Of a DNA stretch of 64,000 bases, positions 21,515-32,011 are shown piece by piece; position 1 is the stretch's first letter, and every line of letters starts with the position of its first letter. Origin of the DNA: Nitrosopumilaceae archaeon (GTDB taxonomy: Archaea > Thermoproteota > Nitrososphaeria > Nitrososphaerales > Nitrosopumilaceae); assembly GCA_965214835.1 (NCBI GenBank), contig CBDCCK010000002.1, positions 608,001-672,000 of the forward strand, written 5' to 3'. The position numbers and the translations under genes are program-made. The notes under the pieces are model-generated. The model was not told where the DNA came from. It saw only the letters and a program-made list of their open reading frames with translations, and ran no database searches.

Positions 21515-21784
21515 TACGGCCGTTTTACTCTACAGTCTACCAGCATAAATGATTATTGCAATTCTGTCGGTATAAGATGATATAGTAAACGCGATGAATA
21601 ACCGTTTATGTTTGAGGTCTTGGTATCGCGTTTACTTGGAAGTTGTTCTTGTTCGGAATCTACCCTGATTGATCTGTTTTGGTTTTGAGCCATTTTTGGA
21701 GTCATCTGGGAAGGCTGATCCTGTGATCCAACATTACTGTTGGGCCTGGGGTTGATTTCAACTTGCCGAATCAAAGGACAATGG

Positions 21785-21986
21785 TTACTGAGATTGCTTG
21801 ATCCTTGCAAGCCTTTCAAGCTCGTCCTTTACTGCGTCCCGTACCTCTTCTGGCAGATCCTCGGAGTTGATCAGGGTTGCCCGCAGCCCTGCCACTATGG
21901 CCTGAACGTCCAGCGTCTCGTTTCTTATGTGGGGCGCAAACGTGTTCTTGAACGTCTTTTTGGTCAGAGGAATCACGCAGTGTCAT
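21785..21986 (-). pseudogene. small helical protein (module copy C, gene 2); +1 frameshift after MTLRDSS, or alternative GTG start
   Basis: KKTFKNTFAPH...LDVQA...GLR...EDLP.EV..AV is shared with 22222-22407. Confidence 0.8.
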
Positions 21987-22100
21987 CTTCTATTTCTCCA
22001 GCACTGGCATTTGGGCATGCCGTCTCGCATACCGTATGGCCTCAGGACGCCTCCGCGTCTATGCACAGATCCTCCCGCATCCGCTCGGCCAGAGAGTTGA
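21964..22100 (-). pseudogene. degenerate SAM-lyase/PII-like gene (module copy C, gene 1)
   Basis: fragments RPEAIRYARRHAQMPVL and IEDDTA*FL* parallel REEALKYKREYGQAYIV and IERHGPPRFI*; same 23-nt overlap. Confidence 0.6.
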
Positions 22101-22221
22101 TCCGAAATCAGAAGCCGTACGAATTTTTCAGGTGACTTCACAGATAATTCGCATTTTGCTGGTGTTTTGAGCCGCTTCATGCAAGCTCGTTCGCACATAG
22201 TCAGAATCCACTGATTTCGAA

Positions 22222-22407
22222 TCAGCGCTCTTGCCCGGCAAGCTCGGATGCGACGGCCTCTTGTACCTCTGGCGGCAGATCCTCGTGGTGGAACAGCGAC
22301 ACCCGCAGTCCCATTATCACCGCCTGCACGTCCAGCTCCTTGTCGCCCACATGCGGGGCAAACGTGTTCTTGAACGTCTTTTTACTAGATGAATCTTGGA
22401 GGGCCAT
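22222..22407 (-). CDS. 61-aa helical protein (module copy B, gene 2)
   Basis: intact ORF overlapping gene 1 by 23 nt; paralogues at 21785, 53829 and 20585. Confidence 0.8.
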   Translation of the reverse strand: MALQDSSSKKTFKNTFAPHVGDKELDVQAVIMGLRVSLFHHEDLPPEVQEAVASELAGQER

Positions 22408-22819
22408 GTCTTTCTATCACCACTATGTATGCTTGGCCATACTCACGTTTATACTTTAGCGCCTCCTCACGCCCGATTCCGGAGAGTGCCACAGTGACAT
22501 CCCTGTACGTGACGCCGTTGATGTTGGTCCACTGCCCCAGCATCACGTCTGCCCCCTGCTTGCGAAACCGGATATACTCGTTTCTGGCCTCCTCGTCAAA
22601 GTCCTTTCTGTTGTTGGTGACGGAGATGAGGTAGACTGGCTGTCCGCCATCCGTAAGCCTCTCAAAGAGTGCGTCCTTTTCGCCTGGCTTTGCAAGATCT
22701 ATGCATGATCCCATGCCGGGATGGTACGTCACGGATCCAGATCCATGCCGTCGTATTGACTCCACTCCTGCGTCGTACTCCTCGCCATATTTGTGAGGAT
22801 CGTGCCGTCCGCCATTCAA
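22385..22819 (-). CDS. 144-aa protein with a SAM-lyase/DUF3574/PII-like ferredoxin-fold signature (module copy B, gene 1)
   Basis: YLIS...helix...LGQWTNINGVTYRD...EEALKYKREYGQAYIVVI; paralogous remnants support coding status; the fold call is inference. Confidence 0.65.
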   Translation of the reverse strand: MNGGRHDPHKYGEEYDAGVESIRRHGSGSVTYHPGMGSCIDLAKPGEKDALFERLTDGGQPVYLISVTNNRKDFDEEARNEYIRFRKQGADVMLGQWTNINGVTYRDVTVALSGIGREEALKYKREYGQAYIVVIERHGPPRFI

Positions 22820-22831
22820 ACCTGTCCCAAC

Positions 22832-22999
22832 TCACGCAGCAATCTTTGCCAGCTTTTTGAGCTCGTCCCTTATGAGGGTCAGCCGAAACAGGACGGCATC
22901 CGGGTTCTTTGCGTTCCTTGCCTACGGATAGAAGCTGATAACATACTTTGAGCCGTCCTTTCTTACCTCGTAGGGACGGCCGCCTATGGTATCTCTCAT
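22832..22999 (-). pseudogene. small basic protein with an in-frame TAG at codon 26
   Basis: MRDTIGGRPYEVRKDGSKYVISFYP*ARNAKNPDAVLFRLTLIRDELKKLAKIAA; resembles small conserved thaumarchaeal proteins (from memory). Confidence 0.5.
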
Positions 23000-23040
23000 G
23001 GCTTTTGCTAGAACCTGTGGCTTATAGATTTATTGAATGC

Positions 23041-23274
23041 GTGTCCAAGGATCCAGTGTTGGAGCAAAAAAGAACCTGCAGGGGGATATGCAAGCGGTTC
23101 AGGGTGACAAAGCCCACAGGTGTAGGAAGGTACGAATCGGGGCAGGGCAGATGCCATACATGTGACGTGTGGTTGGACTACAGGGGGTGTCACGTCAAGG
23201 ACGGGTCTCCTGCAAAGATAGGCTCGGTGGGATGGTTCTGCAACTGCTGCAATTTCAGAGTAACGCAGAGTTCC
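23041..23274 (+). pseudogene. thaumarchaeal Cys-rich Zn-finger protein, 3'-truncated by an IS remnant
   Basis: CRGICKRF...KP.G.GRY.SGQ.RC..C...WFCNCC.FRV. Confidence 0.7.
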
Positions 23275-23537
23275 ACGGCTCCCAGGCGATGAGGCCCCGC
23301 CAAATTCGGGCCTCATCAGGATGTTCGCCCTGCATATGGACGCGTCGGCTTAATTGTTTTGGATTGTACGGAGTTTGTCCGAAAAACAGGAAGGCACGGT
23401 GGTACGGCAAAAGCGAGTGATCAAAGTGTGCGAACAAAGGCGTTCCCATTCTAGCTGGGTCCTCGCCAAACGGGTTGCGTTTCCGTCTACTGCTCAACAA
23501 AAAATTCTAAAATAGCAGAAAGCTACGAAAATAACAT

Positions 23538-23687
23538 TGGATGTTTGGGAAGCAATTTTAGCAAATCTTGCTTGAGAGCTTGTACATATTTTAGCATCGT
23601 TTGTCACCATCGCTACAGTGTTGGGTTCGGCTAAAGTATTTCAGAGCAAGAAATGATGACAGAAAAAGGGCATCTAGAAATCTGTAT
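23538..23687 (+). pseudogene. remnant paralogue of the membrane protein at 28237
   Basis: hydrophobic LASFVTIATVLG followed by ASRNLY, compared with ASENLH; internal stops; cut by IS5. Confidence 0.45.
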
Positions 23688-25171
23688 TAGACTTTATGCG
23701 TAATCGACCGTGATTGAAAATTCCGCGGAGTTCTCCAAGCGCAGATGCGTCGATCAGATCAAGCTGCCACATGCAGAATGTCATGACGCGCACAAAAATC
23801 GGCTCTTGCCAAAAAGACGTGCGCAACCATGCAGCACGGTGATGTGCCCTGTTGTCAAGTCATAAGAAAGGCGGCCCGTGCCGCCGTACGTTATATTTCA
23901 AGCAAGTGGCCGTAGCGCTTTTTCTTTTTCAGTATAGTCTTGAGGTTCTCAAGACCCGTAATTACCTGCATGAAATAGTTTAGATCCCCGGCGGTTCCGC
24001 CAAACGGCGTGGTCAGGATGGCATATTTCTTGAGCTTCCCCATGTGGTGCTCTACCTTGACGCGGACCCTGCTGACCCGCTTGCGGCGCCTCTTCTGCGT
24101 CGCGGCAAGCTCCCCGTCTCTGGGCTTCCTAGGAGGCTGCCTGTGTATGGCGCCCGGAAGCATCTTTTGGATGCCCTCAAAGCCCAGGTCGCTGTAAACT
24201 GTAAACGCACTTTCAGGATCGTCTGCGTTTTCCGCTCTCTTCATTGCTTTTGCGTGCCTTCCAAAGTCCGGGCCGCCTCCCGCGTTCATCAGGCCCTTGT
24301 CGTTGACGCTGCCGTCTACAGTCTCGCTGCAGTCCAGCGCGAGGCCGTCCAGGTTCGTGGTGACCAGCGTGTTGTACATGTGCCTCTTTTTTCTTCCCGT
24401 GTACCGTGTCTTTCTTGCGGTCTTGTCCCCTGGCCTGTCTATGGGAGTCAGGGTCCCGTCAACCAGGATCGTCTTCTTTGGGATCAGCTCCTCTATCCTG
24501 CCTGCCGGGGTCTTGCGGATGACGTCTGCTATCTTTTCGGCGGTAGGCAGTATCTTGCGCAGTATCACGATACAGTACTGGAGGTACCTGGATATCGTGG
24601 ACTGGTCGACGTCAAATGTTGCGGCCAGGTGGTGCTGCGTCGCACCGGTCCTCAGGCTCATGAGTTCCGCAGGCAGCGCGTGCCTGATGTGCAGCTTGCA
24701 CCGGTTTCCGGCATCGCTGCGGCTCGCGTCGTCCTCCCAGAACAGGGGCCTGTCCCCGTCGGCCATGACCGCCTCTGTAAAGCGCTCCAGTATGGTTCTC
24801 AAATGACTTCTTTGTGCATCCAGTGACGCTGCAAAGGCGCACCGGGTCGCCGATTATGCCGTCTGCAAGCTCGATTGCATGCATCCGCAGTGCCCGGCCG
24901 CCGCGCACGATTCTTTCCGTCTTGTTTTCCTCGGACTGCCACAGTGAGTCCTCAAACGCAAGCCGGTTCCTCAGATGCTCGTTTTGCTTGGAGAACGGGC
25001 ATGTTTTGTTCTGCCAGACTCTTGTTTTGCTCTTGCAGTGTTTGGACAAGCTCGACATCTGAACCCATACCATCAGAGAACCATTGCTGATCTTTATGGT
25101 TGTAGGTATGCAAACCATGATCTGTTGTGTTGTATTTTTAGATCCGATTTGCCAATTACGCATAAAGTCTA
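23688..25171 (-). mobile_element. IS5-family (ISL2-like, DDE_Tnp_4) element with frameshifted transposase (main ORF 23891-24802)
   Basis: TIR tagactttatgcgtaat at both ends; FDVDQSTISRY, VDGT, YSDLGF, RVKVEH. Confidence 0.92.
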
Positions 25172-25574
25172 TTGTGTTCCGGCCTTGCGGATTATCGGCT
25201 GTGGGTATCTTGGCTTTTTTATAAAATTCGAGCTCCCTTATCAGATCTGGCACTTCTCCTCTCAGCGGATCTATTTCATGGGCAAACGAGTTTCTTATCT
25301 TGTTGATTATTTTGAGCTCGTGGTTTATGCTATCGTTGAGAATTCCTAGTTTGAGGAGGATTTTTTGTTTTTGAGAAAAGGCAAGCTTGCCCAAATCCTC
25401 ATGACTCTCGGATTTCTTAATTATGAGACATTCCATCAGTTTTTCAATCAGAATATTGGCTGTGATGACCTTGGATCTGTAATCTGCAAACGCTGATTCA
25501 AATCCAGTCCAATCCAAAAAATTTGCTGGCGTATGTTTGGCTAGCAACTCGTTTACATCACTCTCAGATACCAT
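25172..25574 (-). pseudogene. MtlR-like HEPN-domain protein, 3'-truncated by IS5
   Basis: FSQK..IL.KLGIL...ELKIINKIRNSFAH (R-X4-H HEPN motif); IS TIR begins at 25171. Confidence 0.75.
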
Positions 25575-25793
25575 ATAGAACCAAGCCTTCACGGGAAGTT
25601 AAGAATTTTCCAAACGCCAATTCCCGTGAAGGTGTGCCACTGTCCTCATGGCCGCGGCCTAATGGGGTTTTGGCATGCATGATTCCATGCGTACAGAGCC
25701 CAGATGGGTGGAAGCAAGACTTCACGGGCAGGATTCGGGATGTACATTTTCAGCAACTGCCCCATGACGTTTTTTAAAAAATTGTCCAAAGTT

Positions 25794-25904
25794 CAGCCAA
25801 GTGAAATGTAAATGAGATTTGCTGTTTTGCCTTGCTGCTGAGGCGTCGTACCTCATGCCCAGTTTCTGTTTTTGCTCGATTTCAGGGTACTTTTCACTTA
25901 GCTG
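25794..25904. mobile_element. 111-bp ISH3-type MITE (family D)
   Basis: inverted copy of 20283-20393; 5-bp TSD aagtt. Confidence 0.92.
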
Positions 25905-25964
25905 AAGTTTCGTGCATGTTTAAATAATTCGTTACAGGGGATTTATAAAACACGAAGATCTAAT

Positions 25965-26021
25965 CAAGGTACGTAATACGGGCCGTATTACTAGAGGGCG
26001 TGTTGAATGGGGGGTACCTTG
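25965..26021 (-). ncRNA. candidate structured RNA downstream of the DUF3800 gene
   Basis: outer stem caaggtac/gtaccttg encloses inner stem gtaatacg/cgtattac; starts 17 nt after the restored stop codon. Confidence 0.45.
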
Positions 26022-26038
26022 TTGCATGCTCTTGACCC

Positions 26039-26856
26039 TTATTCTGGAAACACCTTGTAACCGCATCCTGCTGCGCTTCCAGAACTGTCAGTTCGTATGA
26101 GGTCACGTCCCCTTGCTAGCTAGGCACGAAAATCATAATTGTACCTGCCAATTCATGCCTGATTGATAGGGGTAGGTGACCTCGTACGTCAGTTCGAAAC
26201 CTTCCATAGATCAGATTCCAGTATTTTTCGAATTCCTCCGGTGTTGAATGATGGCGAAACGATCCATATGCGACTGCGTCTGCAATTTGAACTCCTTCAA
26301 CTGCGGATGAATCAACAAAGACAGGAAACCCCACCAGTGCTTTTCTTTGGTAATCTGTCCCCTTTTCCCTTACATCCTTGATTATGTCAATAATGTTTCT
26401 ATGAAACCTGTTTGAACTCTTGTCAATTTTTATGATTCCGTCGTTATTTTCGCCCGATCTTTCTTCCAGAAACCTGTCAAATATTTCAATCAGAAACTTC
26501 CATGCAGTGTTGAATACCTTCCAATCTGGATATCGGCGTCTTAGTGATTCCTTGTCAATTACCACGGAAGCTGCGGTAATGTCCAAGTTGGATATGTTAT
26601 GATACAATTCATCCAACATCTCTTGCTGTTTTGAAAAACTTAAACTGGTAAAATCTCCTTTGGTCTTGAGCATGTCGTGTGCATGAATTTCTGCATCGAC
26701 ATACCGCCCGGTAAAATGCTTTAGTTTGTACTCGTACGTAGATCTTTTGAGATCGTTGATTTTGTCTTCCTCAACAATCACTCCTGATAAAACGAAGAAA
26801 TTCGTGTTGTCATTGTAGCTCACAGAGCCGGATTCGTCTACATACATAACTGGCAT
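26039..26856 (-). pseudogene. DUF3800-domain (RNase H-like) protein interrupted near its 3' end by a MITE
   Basis: YVDESG, FVLSG, EIHA, DS....VQIADAVAY; removing the MITE plus one TSD restores a 238-aa ORF ending GCGYKVFPE. Confidence 0.88.
26095..26187. mobile_element. 93-bp IS66-derived MITE (family E)
   Basis: TIR gtatgaggtcac / gtgacctcgtac; 8-bp TSD gtcagttc. Confidence 0.95.
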
Positions 26857-26983
26857 GCAATTATTGCTTTTGTGTTCTTGCTATTAATGTCAAGCTATTT
26901 TGTTTTGACAGCCTTCCCAAAAGTTCGTAAACCGGTTCCAAACTCGAAACAATTCCGGCACGACGTGACCAGCCGCAGGCCGT

Positions 26984-27260
26984 CTATCTGGATCTCCCCA
27001 CCTCAAGCACCGCGTCCACCGCGGGCCGGTCCTGGCCGTCGACCTCGATCCTGAGTCGCTTCTGCCCCTCGGAGCGCGGCACGAACGTCATTCCCATGGT
27101 GCCGTCCGAGTCGGTCGTAACCGAGGCCTGGAGCGTGTCGTCAACGTACGCGCGCGCAAGCCTGTTGCGCATGGGGACGCCGTGTATGTCGTATAGGGTC
27201 ACCGTTATGCTCTTTGGAACCCCGAGCTCGGTCACCGATACGGCATGGGTGCCCTCCCGG
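26984..27260 (-). pseudogene. Ig-like beta-sandwich domain fragment
   Basis: ITVTLYDIHGVPM...VTTDSDG pattern of Big/carboxypeptidase-regulatory-like domains. Confidence 0.45.
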
Positions 27261-27404
27261 CGTGGCATGGGTCCCGCCTCGTAGGGGGCTGCAAATCCCG
27301 CCAGCCTGCTCTTCGTGCCGCCCGGAGTCTTGCCCTTGTTGCCTCCCGCCGGGCCTCGTCGGGCCGGCCCAAGCGACGTGTGATATATCATGAACCGTAT
27401 GATC

Positions 27405-27497
27405 GTACGAGGTCACCTACCATCATCAGTTAGGCATGAATTAACATGAATGATTGTGATCCTCGTGCCTAGCTAGCAAGGGGACGTGACCACATAC
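27405..27497. mobile_element. 93-bp family E MITE
   Basis: same TIRs; 8-bp TSD gtatgatc. Confidence 0.95.
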
Positions 27498-27587
27498 GTA
27501 TGATCGTTGCCACCAGCACGTCCATCGGCACGAGCTTGGGCCTGCCAAGCCCCAGTATCAGGCCGGTGGGAACCGGCAGCAGTGCCA

Positions 27588-28043
27588 GCGCGACTGCATC
27601 GTGCAACCAGCGTTAGCCATAAAGTGTGCCATGATCAGCTAGGCATGGATCAGAAGAAGCTAGGGACATCGTCGTTTCTACGACGGATGTTTTTAACATA
27701 GATATCGCCTAATTCGCCAGAATTCCCGAAAACCGCTGAGACGCTATGTGGATCAGGCGTGCAAAAATGGCGGAAATTCAAAAAAACGGGCAGATTGGGC
27801 CAAACAAGTGGAATTAGGCGACAGCCCCCCCCCCCTTTCAGGTGTCCAAGATTATGCATATTTCCAAACATCTCTGGCTTAGAGATCTGGCCACCAAACC
27901 AAGGAAAATCCGAATCCGGTGAAGTTCCATATCCCCAATTTTACACAGAACCAAAAACCGGAACAGTCCAATGGAAATAATGGGTAATGGTGACTAGGGT
28001 CGGAGAATATCCATGTTTCAGGTCTCGAAGATTACACAGAACC
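27588..28043 (+). repeat. ~455-bp direct repeat, copy 1 (contains a truncated family C MITE)
   Basis: near-identical to 32247-32701. Confidence 0.9.
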
Positions 28044-28236
28044 TGATTGCGAGAAAAACTAAAAGCCGTGGAACGTCCAAACAAAACATCGGCCTCAGCG
28101 ACATGGACGAGATGCTGAAGGTGCCCTGGGATCTGCTGCCGGAACCATCCCTGCCGAACCCAAACTCTTGCCTTTGTGACTGCATATAGATTCTAATAGG
28201 TGGGCGGATTTCAGAATCACACAAAGGGGATTACAC

Positions 28237-28925
28237 TTGGATGCTCAAATGTTGGTTGACTGGTTGGCGCTGACATTTGCTGGATCTAACGCACTGGGCA
28301 ATGTGGCATCTCTGGGTACGATCATCGCGTTCCTAGTGGCAATAAGAAGATACTTTTCAAACACACAGAGACTGGAAAGGGAGCAGCTGCAAAAAGAAAA
28401 GGCTGAAAGAAAACGTGCGTCTGAAAACCTGCATCGGGAGTTGCAGGACACGCTGGATGGATTGGACAGGAAGGCACAGTCCATGGACGCCAAATCCTTC
28501 AAGACCAAAGGCGGCAAAGAGATCTTTTTCATGAACAGGATCCTGAACCATGATTTTGTATGAGGTCACGTCCCATTGTCGGCCAGGCATGGAAATCACA
28601 GCTGTACATGCCAATTCGTGTCTGATTGGTGGGGGTAGGTGACCACACACATGATTTTTATGACAGTCTGATCTATTCTGGAAAGATTAATTTTCTAAGG
28701 CCAAAGCTACAGCAGCACGTACAGAATATCTTCAGGCAGATCAAGACCCACAACGAATTCCTGATCCTAGTCAAGAAGATGCAAGACGGTGCGCCAAGCG
28801 GGGAGGTTCCGGAAAATTCCCATCAGTACTATGAATGGATGGACAACCATGAACGGAAACTGCGCCAGGACATACCGCTAATGCAAAAAGAGCTTAGAGA
28901 GGACTTTGACATCAGTCCGCCTTAG
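28237..28925 (+). pseudogene. N-terminally anchored hypothetical protein split by a MITE
   Basis: removing 28558-28658 gives a continuous 195-aa ORF (...MNRILNHDFYDSLIYSGKINFL...). Confidence 0.85.
28558..28650. mobile_element. 93-bp family E MITE
   Basis: same TIRs; 8-bp TSD atgatttt. Confidence 0.95.
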
Positions 28926-29114
28926 TCGGTGGTCTCGGCTTGCCCGTTTCCATGCCAGGAATGTCCGGTGCCGAAACGGAGTGATACGTTGGCTTGTCGT
29001 CATCGCGCGATAGTTTTTCCTTGCCTGCCTTGGCGTTGTCTGGACTCTCTTCGGCCATGACATTATTCATCCGGCTTGTTATTTAAAAATACCGTGGCCG
29101 GTAGCCTGCTCTAT

Positions 29115-29220
29115 TGTACGAAAATTAGGTCGCACTAATTTGAGGAGGATTGCAGGGGATTGCCTTGGGCTTTGCCGATCAATAAAGCCGATGGCTGCAA
29201 GGATCAACGCACGTCAGATC
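29115..29220 (+). mobile_element. 5' end of an IS481 copy, cut by IS66
   Basis: tgtacgaaaattaggtcgcact matches 19371 onward. Confidence 0.75.
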
Positions 29221-30655
29221 GTAACAGCTCGGCCTTGGGAAGCTGTTCCTGATTCCAGGCACGAATCTGTCTGATCGGGCTCCGGAAGCTGGATTTTGGC
29301 ACAATCTACCGTGTTTTTTGGGATCCTTTTGAGGCGCTTTGTATACCGGATGCAGTCCCTGTCCGTGTACGCGGCCGAGGCAAGCTTGTGTATGCGGTAC
29401 TTGAGGCACTGCACCTCCTCCGGCGTGGCCTTGCCAATCCCTATGGCGTCCTTTAGGATGCCGCGCAGCCTGTAAAACAGCGTGCCGTACTCGGCGCCGG
29501 GGTTCTTCTCCAGCGTCAGGTACATGTCCCGAAAGTAGTGCAGGAGGCACTTTTGGTGCTTGCCGCCGATGCGGTTCCACGCAGAGTACGAGTCCGATAA
29601 CACGATGCCGTCAAAGGCTGCCATCAGGGAATCTATGACGTCGCCTGAGCTGGACGGCGCTATGTGGTAGAACACCGAGAACTTGGTCACAAGCACCCAG
29701 ACCCAGTGGCCCATCCCGTTGAGAAACCAGCCCGTCTCGTTGCCTCCTACGGATTCGGAATGCCGTATTCCCTCCAGAATGCCGTCATATACAGGCATCA
29801 TCCTAGTCGTCGATACATCACACAGGTGGATCAGGGTGGATATTGGTATGTGTGCGCCGTGAAGCGTGTGCAGTATGATCTGGATCTTTTCAAAGGATAT
29901 ACACATGCAGTGAAGAAACACGATTATCCCGGTGACGCGCGTGCCGTAATGCTCCCCAGGCAGCACGCCGGGCACGGGGGCGGCGCGCTTTTTCTTGCAT
30001 GACTTGCAGTAGCGCTTTGACGTCCCACTCCGTCTCGGTCCACTTGCCGTCGACCAGATCCTTGGACTTTCTTGTGTATCTTTCGCACCAGTCAGAGAGC
30101 TTGTCGCCGCAGTCGTGGCAGAACTCGGCGTCTGCCGTGCATGTGCGGGTGACTGCCTTGGTCTCTGGCTTCTTTTTTGGGGCCGCCTTTTCGGGGTGCG
30201 GAAAGTCGTGGAACTTGCGCACGTTATAGCCGCGCGAGTTCGGCTCTTTACGGATCTCCTTTGGAACGGAACCCTCCGCCGGCCCGGATCCGGATGCCGG
30301 TATCTGCTGGCCGAGCAGTGCCCTTAACTGCTCGATTTCCTTTTGCTGCTGTTGGATCACTTTCTGCTACTGTTGGTGTTCGCCTTGCAGCTGCTGGTTG
30401 TCTTTTTGCAGCTGCTGGTTGTCTTTTTCAACACTCTCTATCCTTGTCTTCATGTGCTCAAACAGGCGGATCACGTCGGGAATTCTCCAGTCCACGTCTG
30501 TAATGTCAGGATCCCCAACCAATACCCGGAAGGCAGATCTTGGGATCTTTATGTGTTGTGATTCTTCCAGATCTTCCTGCTAGCCGGGGGTGCTGCCCAA
30601 GGGGGCCTCAAGATGGCAAATCTCACGCCTGAACTTCCCAAGCCCGAGCTGTTAC
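29221..30655 (-). mobile_element. IS66-family element, decayed (parent type of family A MITEs)
   Basis: gtaacagctcgg...cccgagctgttac termini; coiled coil, CHDC, GGNETGW, HQKCLLHYFR across several frames; flanks do not form a TSD. Confidence 0.9.
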
Positions 30656-30719
30656 TCATTCAGGTCGATTACACAAAGTCGAATGTCAAAGTGTGATAGT
30701 TGTGCGTGCCGCAACCGTG

Positions 30720-31175
30720 CTAAAAGTCATGGTTTTTGAACTGATAATCCATTAATGTTACATTGTTTTCGTCAGGGTGATGTTTGAAGTATAATTTACA
30801 GGCTCCATTGTATGTAAAATAGACATTATCACCGATCACTTCACATGTTGATATGCTTTCCATGGATTCAATATCGGCGGCATTACGAATCTTATTCACA
30901 CAAAGCAATAGTATGTGGTCACGTCCCCTTGCTATAGTGACGATTGAAAGTCTTTGATCGTCAAAAGGCGCATTCCTGCGTGACTTACACCCACATGTGC
31001 TCAAAAACTTTTAATCGTCACCATAGCTAGGCACGAGAATCACAATCATTCATGCTAATTCATGCCTAACTGATGATGGTAGGTGACCTCGTACAAGCAA
31101 TACTATTGCACCACGAGTGTATGGTTCGTTGTCAAGCTTGGTAATGAACTCTGGCAGCTCGTCTCTGAGATCCAA
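30720..31175 (-). pseudogene. 87-aa RelE/ParE-like protein interrupted by nested MITEs
   Basis: removing the MITE plus one TSD restores LDLRDELPEFITKLDN...CVNKIR...VYFTYNGACKLYFK...VTLMDY; fold call is inference. Confidence 0.5.
30911..31094. mobile_element. family E MITE (TSD aagcaata) containing a nested 89-bp TA-targeting MITE (30935-31023)
   Basis: 184 = 93+89+2 bp; inner TIR tagtgacgatt / aatcgtcacca with a TA duplication. Confidence 0.92.
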
Positions 31176-31191
31176 CTGAAAACGAAATCCT

Positions 31192-31401
31192 TTACTTTAG
31201 TTTTGCTTCGTTTCGTTGTTCCAATTCTTCATATGAGGTTGGAGAACCATTGTCTAGTTGACTGAGAGCTTTTTGGATAAAATCAGTATCAGCTTGTGAC
31301 CAGTTTGTTTCATCCTTTGTCCAAAGGCCGCAGGCAGGGTTGTTTGACATATGTTGACGATGCTTAGGTTGTTTATAATTGTTCAAAGATTGTGGGGCCA
31401 T
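31192..31401 (-). CDS. small antitoxin-like protein
   Basis: C-terminal IQKALSQLDNGSPTSYEEL resembles the AL.D...G...S.EEL tails of RelE/ParE antitoxins; directly upstream of the RelE-like gene. Confidence 0.5.
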   Translation of the reverse strand: MAPQSLNNYKQPKHRQHMSNNPACGLWTKDETNWSQADTDFIQKALSQLDNGSPTSYEELEQRNEAKLK

Positions 31402-31490
31402 CGTTTTTTGTAAGCGATTCTGGTATAAAGCAACCAGCTTTGCTTTTTCAAACTATTGATAACCAATATTTCCACTCCACGCACATACTA

Positions 31491-31905
31491 TAGCAACGAG
31501 CAGAAGTCTTTGAGCCAAAACAGGGTTCATTCGAAGAGTACAGTGATCGCGCAACCGGCGCAGCGGGCATGACAAAAGAAGCAGGCGGCCTGTCGGAGGC
31601 CATGCACAAGGAAAAGGATGTCAAAGTCTGCAAAAGGATCATGGTGCCGATGTTTGTGCCAGAGGACGATATAGGCGTGCCCGAGACTGCAAGGGTTCCG
31701 GTGCGGTGAGAATTCCGTGCGCAGCTGACCGGCGAGGTTCTCGGAGGAAGGCATAGACGGCCTCCGGGATCTTCCCCGTTCTGGATGCAGGCCAGAGGCG
31801 GACGGAAAAAGGGTTGCCGCCATAATGGACTTGTCCATTGCACGCAGCAGTACCGGCGTCACGACGGTGCGCGATGACGCAGGGGATGCCACCAGGACAG
31901 AATAC
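31491..31905 (+). mobile_element. IS630 5' remnant
   Basis: homologous to 43667-44070 from the tagcaacg terminus onward. Confidence 0.85.
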
Positions 31906-32011
31906 GGAGGTTGTCGCCTAATTCATCAGAATTCCTGAAAACTATTGGTATGAGACGTTATATCAAATCTTATCTGTAGCTAGTTTGTTGAACACATGAT
32001 AAAAACACCCC

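Noticed and set aside
22922-22924. pyrrolysine read-through
   Set aside because: No pyl genes in the window and pervasive pseudogenisation explains the stop.
24612-25592. 326-aa HEPN-transposase fusion protein
   Set aside because: The frame simply reads through the IS5 TIR at 25171; it is an insertion chimera.
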